Shown here one piece after another: positions 13,230 to 26,733 of a DNA stretch of 64,000 nucleotides. The notes under the pieces are model-generated. The model did no database searches. It had not been told where the DNA came from and saw only the letters and a list, made by a program, of their open reading frames with translations. Position 1 is the first letter of the stretch. Each line of letters starts with the position of its first letter. Position numbers and translations under genes: made by a program. Source of the stretch: Octopus sinensis (Eukaryota); NCBI RefSeq assembly GCF_006345805.1, contig NC_042999.1:93620001-93684000 (forward strand), in the 5' to 3' direction.

Positions 13230-15720
13230 CGTGTCATATCGATCGTTATTTTAGTTTTATTGAGTCTCGAAAGTTGTTACTTCTTTAATTTTGTTACAAA
13301 ACGTTTATTGCAACCACCAGCATTGCAAACATGTTTTTATGTTTGTTTGTGCTCCTCTGAGGTCGCAAATTGGAAAAAAATGTTCATTTTGTTTTGGAAA
13401 AAAAAATTAAACATAAACATGGTGATGTATGCTTTGCTCAGAAACATGGAAGTGGAATTCAGAAGTAAGTCTAGTTGTAAGTTGCAAAAGATGTATGAGT
13501 CCTATGTTTCCAGCCCTCAAATAGACGGGGAAGTAAGCACTCACTAGGGTCAAAATCAAGTGAACCGCATTTCCACTTATACGAATGACAGCAGTGACAA
13601 CAAAAACAATGACAACATAGAATTTAAATACAGTTCCAACTATGAAATTGACTTCCTCTCAATAAAACAAACAAACAAGAACAACAATACGACCACGGAC
13701 ACAGCCTCCATCAACTCCATCATCACCACTAGGGTAACAAAAAAATCGCGATTGAAGGAAGATACAAAAACAACAGTGGAAACACAAATGACAACAATAT
13801 TTCTGTGACTAGCAATAAAAACTGCAACAACAATAACAACAATTATGCATTCACACCAACGGCTGCTAAAGACGATGAAGTGTTTAAGACGGATATCCTA
13901 CGAAAAGACATATATCTAATCCAAGTGGTAAAAGTGACCAAACTTAAAATTTCATGACATAGCCATCCGACATAGCCATCCAACCTCCTAGATGTTAAGA
14001 GAAACTCACAAAAGTTTGTAATACACAGATGTCTTTCCATAAATGCAAAACGGCCGGTGACAACTAGTTAGAAGTTGAAGAAGTGCTCAAAGAAATAATG
14101 CACGACATTCAGTATATCTTGAAAACTAAGCAATTTTCAAGAATTTCAGTGCGCATCAAAGTGAAACATTGTTCTTAAAACATTCAATTTTTCTAAATTT
14201 TTCCCAGTCGGAGCGAAAACTATGTTCTCCGTTCGTCATATTTAATAAGGCGGACAGTGACAGTGAATATCTCAGGAATTCCGCCTGAGATAAATATAGG
14301 GTGGGAGTTAGCGTGCATTTTCTTGGAAGGAAGCAACAGTTTACTGATGGTGAAGCCAACCTATCGAGAAAATTGGTCTGGGATCAGTGTGGAGGTGCTA
14401 CTCCACGTCAAATGAGACGCGATCCGCAAGATCACAGACCTCATTGATCTTTCGGGAAGGAAAGGTCTACTGTTACTGTTGAGGTTTATAAATCGTGGTG
14501 ACACAGTGAGGGGAGACGGGCCGCCTGAGAGCTTTCTACCATCAACAAAACACAGTGAACCATAGGACCCTCCTACTGCTAACACAAGATCCCCGAAAGC
14601 CACAATCACTAAACCATCTGCGAACAACAGCGAAAGTGGCTCCAAAATCGAAAACAACTACCCCGTCACCAACAGGAACATCAAAACGAGCAACCGCTGA
14701 AGGAACCCCGACACCAGCAACAATAATGACAACACCAGCAGTAGATGCACCACCAGCACCTTCCACAGCCGAAAGAATAAAAACGGAAAAATATAACATC
14801 CAGGGACTCACCCAGAGAAGCTCCCCCTCTGTCTCTCTTCGTCCCCTCTAAACACAGTTACACCCAGTTACGCCAAATTCCACAGATACTGATACTGCTG
14901 CTTAACGTAAAGAAAACAAAACACAATAAAACACTATGCCCCACACTAACACACGCACCAAAGTACATACAATACATTCCCACAAAAATCACAGACTCAC
15001 CTGGAGCAATAACAGTAACTACAGAACCACGATCGTCAATCCACCCCTGTCGCAACAAGCTCCACCAACATTACCACAACCACAAGAACCCACTAAAAGA
15101 AAAAAACTCCCAACAGCAACAACACACCACATAAACATTAAACTTCATGCTAGTGAGAAAGGCCAACAAGGAATGCATGTCCACGAAGCACGAAAAAATG
15201 ACATCGAGAGAGAAAGTGAGATCTTAGGCATCAGCATAGTTCAAGTGGAAGAAACATTGGCGATAAAGCGCATGTCGCTGGAAACATAAGAAACATTTGG
15301 GAGAGCTTTCTTCATGACGTGGGCACACGTAATGTAAAAAAATACGAATAGGCTTTTAACTAGGTTCCCGAAAGAATGCCAACCAGATATAGAGTTCGAA
15401 CCCCCAGACATCCACTGGCACGTGCATAGTAAATAGCCATCCGCTTTTCCTTGAGTTTAAAAATGAGCTGTGTAAGTGTTCGAGGCCCGTGCTGTCATAT
15501 CATCCTGTCATTCCGACGACTTCTACGGAATTCTTAGTCGACCTGAAATAGCAGGCTGAATGGAAATTTCTTCTGTTTAGAAGACACCTGCATCTCGAGG
15601 TATGAATGATCTTCCTGGACACGAATAGTAAGTTGGTAGTCTAGGATATCAGCAACTGCGAAGTTTTTGCTTTTAGACTAGTCTGTGAAGCTAATTGTAA
15701 CTTATGATAGTAGAGATACT
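13230..15720 (+). mobile_element. Tx1/L1-like LINE 5' part: 5' UTR, decayed ORF1 and start of the APE endonuclease
   Basis: ORF1-like RRTVTVNISGIPPEINIGWELACIFLEG followed by a Thr/Pro-rich low-complexity tract (ORFs 14555-14851, 14936-15289). APE-like FLDTNSKLVV*DI resembles IVLGDFN. Homologous to 59217-60138. Confidence 0.65.
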
Positions 15721-15849
15721 TATTTCCTCATTTTTGCAATTAGCTTTTTTCTTTTTAACAACGAATCCCATTCAAGTATAATATTATAATCTAAATTTCT
15801 CTTACATTTACATACTCTATACGCAGTCCATTTCATACATTCCTACGTA

Positions 15850-16405
15850 TTCGCATGTCTGTGTTTGGTATAATTCTCTTACGCTGCTTCCATTGTGATA
15901 TTCCTGGGAGACACGCTCTCTCCACTCCTTTTCTGTTTGGCACTGACAACTTTACCTCAAATGCTAAACAGAACTGGATGCAGATACAAATGTTACGGCA
16001 AAACGATCAGCCACCTTTTATATATGGATGACATAAAACTATACGCTACAAATGATAAATAGCTGGAAACACTACGACAGGCAGTACATGGATTTACCAC
16101 GAAGCACGAAAAAATGACATCGAGAGAGAAAGTGAGATCTTAGGCATCAGCATAGTTCGCATGTCTGTGTTTGGTATAATTCTCTTACGCTGCTTCCATT
16201 GTGATATTCCTGGGAGACACGCTCTCTCCACTCCTTTTCTGTTTGGCACTGACAACTTTACCTCAAATGCTAAACAGAACTGGATGCAGATACAAATGTT
16301 ACGGCAAAACGATCAGCCACCTTTTATATATGGATGGCATAAAACTATACGCTACAAATGATAAATAGCTGGAAACACTACGACAGGCAGTACATGGATT
16401 TACCA
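15850..16405 (+). mobile_element. Duplicated 250-bp Dong-like RT core fragment with a 62-bp templated insert
   Basis: GIFLGDTLSPLLFCLAL..ISHLLYMDDIKLYA occurs at 15850-16099 and 16156-16405. The intervening 16097-16158 is identical to 15181-15242. Confidence 0.9.
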
Positions 16406-16409
16406 ACGG

Positions 16410-17190
16410 AGTTGGGTTTCTTCTCTCTCGTTGGCTGTTCTTGATCGGAATTCATGAGCACTCTCGAGTCCATTTTTGTTTTACCAAATATTCTACCATG
16501 TTTCTTCTTTCACTGTTGATACACTCCCTTACGCTAATCAGCCCACATCCTCCCTTACTTCTCTTCATGTAGAGCCTGTGTACATTTGCCATAGGGTGGA
16601 GGGCATCATGCATTGCCATTGTCTTTTTGGTAGTGCGATCCAGTTGGTCAATCTCCACTTATGTCCAGCTCAGTATACAAGCACTATAGCGGACTACAGT
16701 AACAGCCCATATGTTGATGGTAGTCACAAAGTACTTTGAGTTGAGTTTCAATTTTAAGAGAAGCTTGAGGCGCTTGAAATATGCAGTGATGACCTTGTCT
16801 TACATTTCTGTGTGCAAGCTATTCTTCCAAATCCAGGAACCAAATATACTTGTACCCATCATCATCCGGGTCTTCCATTCTCTCTCCATTTGGCAATTCT
16901 ATGACCCTACAATTTATTTTTTTTCCCGCTTCAAACTAATCCCCGCACACATCGAGGTAACGAATTACATCCCTCTATCCAGCTGCGTATTTCAAACAGC
17001 CTCGCCAATATAGGCTCTGTTTTTGCGAACAGTTTTAAATTATCCATGAAGAGAAGGTGATTGAGACGTGGACCTTTCTTTCTCAGCTCATAGCACACGT
17101 TGATTTGATGTAACTCTAAAGAAAGTGGGATCAAGGTCATAAAAAAAACAGAAGTGAACAAGTTTCCTTGGAATATACCTCTTTTGACTG
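16410..17190 (-). mobile_element. R4/Dong-like RT fragment
   Basis: KRGIFQGNLFTSVFFMTLIPLS..RLNHLLFMDNLKLFAK and EIDQLDRTTKKTMAMHDALHPMANVHRLYMKRSKGGCGL. The 5' junction abuts (ATT/GTT)n. Confidence 0.85.
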
Positions 17191-17199
17191 CTTTGATTG

Positions 17200-17228
17200 T
17201 TATCATTATTATTATTATTATTATTGTT

Positions 17229-17268
<40 letters not shown>

Positions 17269-17567
17269 TTGCTATTGTTGTTGTTGTTTTTGTTTTTGCT
17301 TTTGTTGTTGTTTTGCTGTTAATCGACCTTTGATTCGCGGAGTAGACTAAAACTGCGCAACATGTAAAATGAGCCGCACTTCCACTGTAAAGGACCAGGA
17401 TCAGGGAATGCTTTTTGCACATGATTATGTTTAGAGAACTCTGAAATGTATACTTGCTCGACAATTTAATGAGCAGTTAGCCCACCTGACCGAAAAATCT
17501 TAAATATGTAAAGCTGAAACAGACGCACAACAATTAAGTTTCACATACATACATCCAAACTAATATG

Positions 17568-17630
<63 letters not shown>

Positions 17631-17684
17631 ATATGCATATATGTATTTATCTGTGTATACACACACATACATATATATATATAT

Positions 17685-17740
<56 letters not shown>

Positions 17741-17790
17741 ATATATATACAAATATGCATCTCTGTATGTATATATATATATATAAAGGT
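17200..17790. repeat. (ATT)n/(GTT)n array and nearby (TA)n arrays
   Basis: Direct reading; interrupted by unique sequence at about 17320-17565. Confidence 0.9.
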
Positions 17791-20292
17791 ATGAATGCGG
17801 GTGCATATATTCGTGTTCATATATCTCTTATGTGTGCTGCTCGGGCGTGTGTGTATGTATATATGAGTTAACATTTTAAATTTCACATAAAATGTTAAAA
17901 CCCATCTCAGAGGAGTAAAGTGCAATTAAAATTGTAAACATGCTAAAGTCAACGTATCTCATGTGACTTGTTTTGTGCCTAAGCTAACCTCTCATTACCG
18001 GAATATATGAGGTCCTTGACGATGATAATCAGTAGAAGGCGGTGACTGGGAGCGTAAATTGTATTCCCCGTACTTTGTCTAATGATTCAAATGCAATATT
18101 ATCGTAGGTGCGTGCGAGACGTACCCATTAGTGAGATAATTATATCGATATGGAAATGCTGAACAGATGACATGCTACGCTATGACATAAGCAACACCTA
18201 AGCTCACCTTCCGTAACGCCCTCAATATCTAAATATCAAGCTTAAAGGTTAACATAACACCGGAACCTTCAATTAAGAAACAATGAATATCAAACTACGA
18301 TAACAGAATGCTTTAAATTTGGTTCCTATAATCTAATTGTCGTATGCAGCAATAGAAAATTAACATTAGAGTTGATTAAACGTCAGGTGCTAATGTACTA
18401 CTTTAACAAGCGTGTATAAGATCAATATCCGATTCACCCAATCTACGTAGATTATTGTTCATGAGTTACGAGGGCTGTTGTTCACCACCATGAAAATAAC
18501 TAACGGAATCATTTCATTGTCATGACAATACAACGCGAAAAAAATCAAATGCGGTTGATTTAATAACGAATTCGAGTCTAAATTCCAAGATTGTTACCAA
18601 ATACAACAGGCGACAAATTCGGTGGCACATCAACGAAAGTTAGATATGATAACACAAACTGAGGCAATATTTCTGATGTATCACAAGTATATTAATGCCA
18701 ATTCTTTTCATAATCTAATGTATTCAAACATAACTTATATGTTCTGAAGACGGGATAGAAAGAAATATTAGGTATAGTTATTTATTTTATGAAATATAAT
18801 GCCATCATGGAGATTTTAAATAGCTGTTGTTGTTTTGCCTTATCAGAACCTTCATCAGTCAGGTCTATGTCTGAAGTCAGTCGAGCTGTGATCATTTAGT
18901 CAGTCTCTTAAGGGACTCTTGATCACATTATCCAAAGTGATCTGTCTTTTAAAGCGCTATGACTGGATTTGGAAAGGAGATGGTTCACTATTTCTGTCAG
19001 TCCCACTAATTACAGCGACCATGTAGATGTCATCTCATTTGATCGGTTGGTGATCTGGAATTATGTACAAGGTTCGTAAAATGTAATTGAATGATAATCT
19101 TATAGGTACGTTCAGAATTGAACACATATAAAACAGCAAATTAGTCGAAGAGAAAATGAAATGACTTGTAAAATGCAAGCATAGTGCACACTTATAGTGT
19201 GAGTTGTGTCTAAAATAAAAGGAGGAAGAACAACACTTAGTGATATTGTTTACACTTACAGTCGCAATCAGATATCAGGACTAACACAACAGTGACACAG
19301 CGAAAAAGCTCAATAGAATAAAATGAGACTGGACTACGGGGAACATTCTATGTATCTACGTATCGGAGAATATCTATCACAAGTTGGTTCTTGCTATTTC
19401 TTTTGCAGTAAGTGTACATGTGGATCGATAACCCACGTATTGGTGTGGTGAATTAAAATTCCTTGTAATGCATATATGACTTTAGAATAAAATACAAACG
19501 CGCCGCATTAATTCTACGTCATTGTATCTAGTTCTGAAATCAAAATTACAATTAGATTTTCAGGTAGTTAATCGTATTGTATACCATAATTTCATTTCAT
19601 AGTTTTCTATGCTTATTTTCCTGTTACTATTACAATCACCTAAAAAATAAATATTTGAAGAAGTCCATTATACTCGTTTGGGGATCGACTTTCTGCATTG
19701 GAACCAAGGATTTCGATGAAAGTCGTAAAGTAACGCAGGTGTATAGGTAAAACCAAGCAAGAAAAAATTATGTTTTTATGGTATATATCAGAGGAATGAC
19801 GTTATTCGTTTAAACACTACCATTAGACAGCTACTTTTATCAGCTACGGTATTGTTGAATATATTTTCAAGTCCACCAATTTGTCAATCGCAGCAGATTC
19901 CAAGCTTTACCACCAATTCAGTTCTCAACTAAATTGCAACCTGCTAATAGTTTTAAAGCTACACTTTAGCATAAATAGTTTCGGACTTCGTTCAGTAGAA
20001 AAAAAAGTGACATCAAAATATCTGCGACATCAAGGGGGGCAGTAAGGCAGATATTCAACTTCAATTATCATAATTTTTGAAAATTTTAAATTAAAAGTAA
20101 ATTTTCTTAGGCTTAATTGATAGAAAAATGCATGAAAAAGTCAGAATCGTTAGTTGCATTGAACAAAAGTTAGTAGAAAGTGTTATGACGTAACATATTA
20201 CGAAATTTTATATAAATAAGTAAGGAAGTAAGAGGGTAACACTTAAGCAATAAAAGTAAAGAATATATTCCTAAAATGAATGTTTGCATCCT

Positions 20293-20390
20293 AAGGTGGT
20301 GGGCTGGCGGAAACCTTAGCACTCAAGGCACAATTCTTAGCTGTATTTCTTACTTTTGAGTTCAAATTTCGCGGAGGTCGACTTTCCCGT
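20293..20390 (+). mobile_element. SINE family B, 5' part
   Basis: aaggtggtgggctggcggaaaccttagcac...gagttcaaatttcgcggaggtcgactttc, with tRNA-like A and B boxes. Confidence 0.65.
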
Positions 20391-21312
20391 GCAGATTATT
20401 TTCTCTATATTCTTAATTAAACAGTATCATACTTCCGAATGTGTCACATAGAACAGGGTTTACTATTAACGTTTTTGACAAAATTTTGTATTCTAGAAGT
20501 TATTTCGTCAGAACTTACAGAGTGACAATGGACAAATTCGTGTTTGATAAGTGCCAATACACCAAACTCTCAGCTTTTGACTTACTCTCTAACTTCGGTC
20601 GATGATATATATACATATTACATATGTGTAAAACAATCTCATCAAGCAATCAAACCAATGAAAGAGCGTCTACCTAGTCACTCGACACGCTAAAAATAGC
20701 AGCCAAAGTGTCCCCCTACCTAAATCACACACCCAATATACGTAATATACGTTGATGATAGGTTTGCAGTATCAGGGTTTATTTGAGGCTAAATAACAAT
20801 ATTATGGCAAATTTCTTTGTTAACACCCGCACGATTTTCACTAACAAAAAAATTTGATATTTTGCGTGGAATCAAGTACCCTGACCTCCTAATATGCTGC
20901 AAATCCCTTATATTGTTTCGGAAAAAATGAGATGGGGGTACCTCCTCCAATCCCGGAATTATTGGAAGTTTTTGATCGTTGATTGAATTCCTGTGACCTA
21001 ATATTGCAAAATCAGGTTACTTAAGTTGAACCTGGTAACTAATGGCTTTGGAGTATTGTTGTTTGTAACGTTTGGTGAACCTTGGTGCATCCAACAACAT
21101 GGTTATAATCTCTACCATTAAATTGGTGTGGATGGGTAATATCAAATAATTAAATCACAGCATACATTTAAATTAAACATGAAAAAGTTTTAATATTATC
21201 ATTATGTACATAGAAAAATTTTAATATCTTTCAGTATTTTATAAGGTAAAAACTTAAATTATTGACCCATCAATAATCTTATAACAGCACTGTCTGGAAA
21301 AATCATAGATTA

Positions 21313-21840
21313 CATGGAAAAATGCGAGCATGGAAAAAAATATTCTTAAGATTATAAACCTGGAAACGTACAGGACAAGTAATTACTCCTATAGAAGTAT
21401 CGGACAAACTATTTCTTCTAGTAAAGTAAAGAATAAGAAAATTTTTACTTAAAATATTGCAACAAAAAATGCCAGTTCTTCTAATACATCACTCTTTACA
21501 GTTCTCAACTTTTAAATTTATTGTACAAAACTGTTCATCTAATCTGTAAGTTTGTCTAATTAGTTACGATTTTCTATATTTAAGGTAATTTGTCACTTTT
21601 GTCTGTATTTAACTAAATTAGTAACTTTTTCTGTATTTAACAAAATTCTACTTAAATAATTATAGTGTAATTTCTAAACTATTATAAAATAAGTTTTAAT
21701 ATTCAAATTTTAATTTTAGCTGCAATGTTTTAAGTAAAGAATTTCTTATTCTTTACTTTGAAAGAAGTAATAGCTTGTCCTGTACCTATCCAGATTCATA
21801 ATCTTAAGAAAATTACTTTTCATGCTTGCATTTTTCCATG
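21313..21840. mobile_element. Fold-back MITE with long TIRs, CACTA/EnSpm-like termini and TA flanks
   Basis: 21313-~21465 (catggaaaaatgcgagcatg..cttaagattat..gtacaggacaag..aaagtaaagaataagaaa..tttacttaaaa.attgca) is the reverse complement of ~21721-21840, apart from one internal indel. TA lies on both sides. Confidence 0.8.
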
Positions 21841-22226
21841 TAAAATATAGTAGGACACCGTGGACTGTTATTTGAGATGCAAAGGAAGTAAAAAGACCAT
21901 AGTCAAGCTTATTATCTAAGCTCTAATGTAATTTAGTAATGGAAAATTTGATTCGATATTGCCATAGAAAATGTGTCGGTATTGTTGAAATAACAAGTAT
22001 ATTACACCTGAGTCCATTCTTATGAAGCGATTCCATTTGAGAATGCAAGCCGTTTGTGGGAGATTAGTAGCAAAAAAACAAAAAACATTAAGATATTGAA
22101 ATACAAAACAGAACATTCTTTCATAAACACCCTCGTCAAGCGAGATGTTGAAATATTTTACAGGAACATGGATAGTTTCAAATTCAATATCAGTTTCTTC
22201 TAACAATTTTCCGCGATTGCTGCCTA

Positions 22227-22268
<42 letters not shown>

Positions 22269-22551
22269 AAGTAGTAGTAATAGTAGTAGTTGTTGCCCTT
22301 GTTTGAAACACAAGACTGTTATTGTCTATACTTACCGGGAAGACTGAGTGACAGATTGCACAGAATAAGCTGAATGAGTCTTTTTTTATATATGTATACT
22401 GTTTAATTCCATTTAGGAGAGGGTTGTAAATGTCCTAAGATTTGCTTTGCTTCACTTTTTTGTGAATCGATAAAATAGACAGCATTTCACTTCTGGCGTT
22501 GACTCAATTGACAGCTTACAGTGCATATGCATAATTTAACGTCAATGTATG

Positions 22552-22591
<40 letters not shown>

Positions 22592-23119
22592 GAAACCGTA
22601 TTAAGTACTGGTTTTAGTAATAGAGGCCTTAGTAGCATTAATAGTACTCTTCTTAGCAAGATTAGTACCATTTACATGCAAAACCATTTAGTTGGTGTGA
22701 TAATTTTCATTTGAAGTTCAAATTCGAATGAACCAGTAGCAATATCAATTGTACTTCAACAACAACTACTACTGATAATGGTGACGAGCTTTGTTATTTG
22801 CTCCACGGCCATCAAATGAGGTGGTCATTACAAGCACAGTTTATAATTTAAAGTAAAGTTTATTTTAAACGGCATATAGATTATTGTCATCCATTTGAGA
22901 GTAGGAGTATATTATCCTCATACGAGCATGTATCTGTGGTTACTTTTTCTTCGTATTCGTTGGAACGGAGTGATTTTACTTTTCTGTATACACTTCCGTT
23001 TCTCATCTGCAATACCGACCATTCAAATATTTCTTTGCTTGTGCTGATAGTGGGTGATAAAACATTATATTTGCTCCTATATAGATTAAAATTATTTGTA
23101 TTGTTCTTTCTCTTACGGT

Positions 23120-23855
23120 CAGTTTCTATTTGGCTGCACTTCTTGAAATTTTCAAATTAAGTGAAAATTTTCAAATTTGGTGTATTAATGTAATTTTTCA
23201 CGCTAAATGTCAGGCTCTAATTCAAATGTTCCCGAAAAATTTTCAAAAGTTTACAGGGGTTTAAACCTTGATCATTTTTACCCGATGAGAAAACAGGATT
23301 GTGAAGGTGCCATATTTGCGACAAGAGAACCTGTATTAATATCAACTGTAAACAAATGTTATCCTGGCGGAATTCTGCTTTACGCACGCCATATAAATCC
23401 TTATAAGTTTTTTATCCTCTGGAATTTTTAGAAAATTTTAACAATTCTTTATTCTACACAAGGGAATTCATACGATTATGCAAAACCCAATAAGAAAATG
23501 TACGTGATCTGAAGCCAATTAGCTGATAATTTAACACGTCTCACTGTGTTTTAAGCATTTTAATGAACGAAAAATAACCACATGGCTCGACAGGACCACA
23601 ACAAATGGATTAGTAGCTTCGTAACAGCTTGGCTTCTTACTATGGAAACAAACATCTATATGCTTTAACTTTTGATTGTCTAAAATTACCGAAACTTCGT
23701 AAACTTTAAAAGTTGTTAGCACTTTATTTTTTGAATTATGGCGAAAATGAAATTCATATCAATAATCACCACAGAAAACTACATCAACACACCAAATATC
23801 AAATCAATTTAAATGAAATTGAAGAAATTAAAAAGTGGCAGCTAGATAGAAGAGA
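23120..23855. mobile_element. Old MITE with diverged terminal inverted repeats
   Basis: Left ttctatttggctgcactt..atttggtgtattaatgtaatttttc matches the reverse complement of the right end (ttctatctagctgccactt..atttggtgtgttgatgtagttttc). Confidence 0.5.
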
Positions 23856-25576
23856 TCAATTCTGTCTTCTAGTGGAAGCCAATTTAGGCCCAGCATGGTT
23901 AAGCAATAGCTGTCTCACAAATTAACCTCTCAGTTGTCTTCTAATGTTAAACCAATCCCTTGTTTATTACATTAGCACACCCCGGGTCTGAATTTAAGGT
24001 GTGTTCATATTGTGATTACGCTGTTGTTGCTACTGCTTCAATATCTTTATTCTTGTTGCCATTGTTGTTGATAATGAGAATGATTGTGGTAGTTTAATCG
24101 ATTCTGTTGTTGCCGTGATTTCTCTTGTTGATGCTATCATTGTACTTTGATGGACACATTGGGGTGTCTATGTGTTTGATTCCGATGACAGTTAAGTCGC
24201 ATACTGTTTTTAACTTGAGTGACAGTTGATTTGCTGGATGACGACAGGAGTGATTTTCAGTACATTTTCTCCTGCGACCACTATTCATTTACGAGCTACG
24301 GTAAAAAATTAGACTTAATATGTCACCGAAATTTGGGGACAGAATATGCCCCATTCCCTGCTTAAAATACCAAAACGAATACATCTTTCACTTTTGTAAA
24401 ACAAGCGTAATAATTTTAGATGGCGGATCAATAATTCTTGCTACCGTAGAAACAAAGTAAAAAAAAAATTGTGGAGAGGGTGATAGTCGATAACATAGAA
24501 CCTAGTGCTCAAGTGCTACTGCTACTTCTATGGCTCCGGCTAAAACTGCTACTGTTTGTGATACTTCTACTATTCTGACATTTGTAATTATCCATGTATT
24601 TATTTTATCGCTATCTGCAAATTCTAGGAACAAGATACCACTCAGTGCTTTGTGAAATGCCACTTTACTTCAGGTTTGTCACAAATATTTCATTAAAATT
24701 ATTAGATGTCATATATGTTCAGCCCCCATGTTTTTTCCTGCATATCTGAACGTCGGCAATAACAAATAAAATTGCACATAATTCTAGGTTATTGTTTAGA
24801 AATTGCTACGTAAGTGAATGTCTTTTATTTTTTACTTATTTATTTATTTATTTATTCGTTTAGCCTTAGTAATAATTATTTATTTATTATGTAGTTAATA
24901 TTGCATAAGAATCAATTCTTTACCTGCTAGAATCTATACTGAAATGCAAATATTCTCGTTCCTGCACTAGAAATGCATTCGACTTTGTTTAATTTAAATT
25001 AAATATAAATATTTGTATTTACAAATCGAATGTACTTCAGGTTCTTTTGCTTGTATATTAGATGCCTGTCAAGTATTAAATACACCTGCTTTATTCTGAG
25101 TGCATCGGTTTTAATCACAAATAGAAAATGACGCTATTTAATATTTGTGTGCCATAATGAAACCAATAGAATTTGCAAATTCATATTCTCGTTTTGCTTT
25201 TTGAATACGATTACTTTTCTTTCTTTGTCTAATAAAAACAGTGCTTGATTTTGGAATTGAGGCTTTGAGAAAACACACAGATGTATCCGGTTTGAGTATG
25301 TATTTCATCGAACTGATTAAAGACAATGTTCTGAGTTGATAATAATACGACGTTCCACGATGAAGTCGGTATTTCTTTGGTTAAAGTGTAGCTTTGGTGT
25401 TCGCTTGTACAAGTAAATATGACTAACTGCACATTAGTAGCTTCTCCATACCTTTTGTCAATACCTTTTGATGTGCATAGACTCTCAGACCAGTGAAAAT
25501 ATAGATTTAGCTACTATTACGTGTGGAAGTATAAATTTTGTATATTTCTATTAAGGTATATGTATATATGTATATA

Positions 25577-25624
<48 letters not shown>

Positions 25625-25732
25625 ATATATATATATGCGTGTGTGTGTGTGTGTGTCTGTATCTGCGTGTACGTATGTAAATGTGTATATATATACATAC
25701 ATATATAAACATACACACATATGCACATACAT

Positions 25733-25779
<47 letters not shown>

Positions 25780-25819
25780 GTGTGTGTGTGTGTGTGGTGT
25801 GTGTGTGTGTGTGTGTGTG

Positions 25820-26290
25820 TATTACCTGTTATATACATTATATTATTTTTGTAATTTACTTGATCTTTATTTGCCAATTGTCATTCTAATTCTAACCCTC
25901 CTATATGCAAATTCCAAGATGGTGTAATTTGATTGTGCATTTTGAATCGATAGAAGGTTTTTTCTAATATTTCATGTATAAGCATGTGTATATATATATA
26001 TATATAGTGACATTGAAGTACACATCCTTCGATTTACAACGTAATATAGTAGAACATTTAGTATACGTCTATATATGTATATATATGTGTGTGTGTGTGT
26101 GTATAAATATTGCCTGTTATATACATTAGATTATTTTTATAATTTACTTCATCTGTACTTTTTAACTGTCACTTTAATTTTAACTTTCCTATGATATTCA
26201 ATTTTCAAGATGGTGTAATTTAGTTGTTCATTTTGAACCGATAAGAAGTTTTTTTCAAATATTTCATGTATAAGCGTGTATATATGTATA
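25820..26290. repeat. Diverged direct duplication of about 180 bp, flanked by microsatellites
   Basis: tatt(a/g)cctgttatatacatta...caagatggtgtaattt...atatttcatgtataagc occurs at about 25820 and about 26108. Confidence 0.85.
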
Positions 26291-26559
26291 TAGTGGTATA
26301 AATATCAACACAACTTGTTCCCCTTCCTCCCTTATTTTTCTTTTTCTTTTTCTTTTTTTTGTCTATCTCCCCTCCTCCAAACACACAGACACACGCACAT
26401 GCACACACGCACCCCCCCCCACACACACACACAAACACACACACACACAGACACACACACACACACACCTCCACAAAAAGATCATACAAAGTGATAAGAA
26501 TTCTTAAAAACCCAAAAAGACATTTGACCATCACCACAATGTTAAAAGGAAATATAATT

Positions 26560-26733
26560 TATGGCTTACCTCCCCGCCACCACACACTCAGTGACATTGT
26601 GAAGTGGTGAAAGCTGAAATTCTTAGAACCCCCTTGGAGTCAATATTATGGCCTACCTCCCCACCACCACACACTCAATAACGCTGTGAAGTGGTCAAAA
26701 CTGAAATTCTTAGAACCCCCTTGGAGTCAATAT
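26560..26733. repeat. Tandem duplication, 87-bp unit x2
   Basis: tatggc(t/c)tacctcccc(g/a)ccaccacacactca...ctgaaattcttagaacccccttggagtcaatat at 26560 and 26647. Confidence 0.92.

Noticed and set aside
18825-18870. Minus-strand CTGATGAAGG..GCAAAAC hammerhead-like motif
   Set aside because: Stem II does not pair and GAAA is absent; at most an unrecognisable relic.
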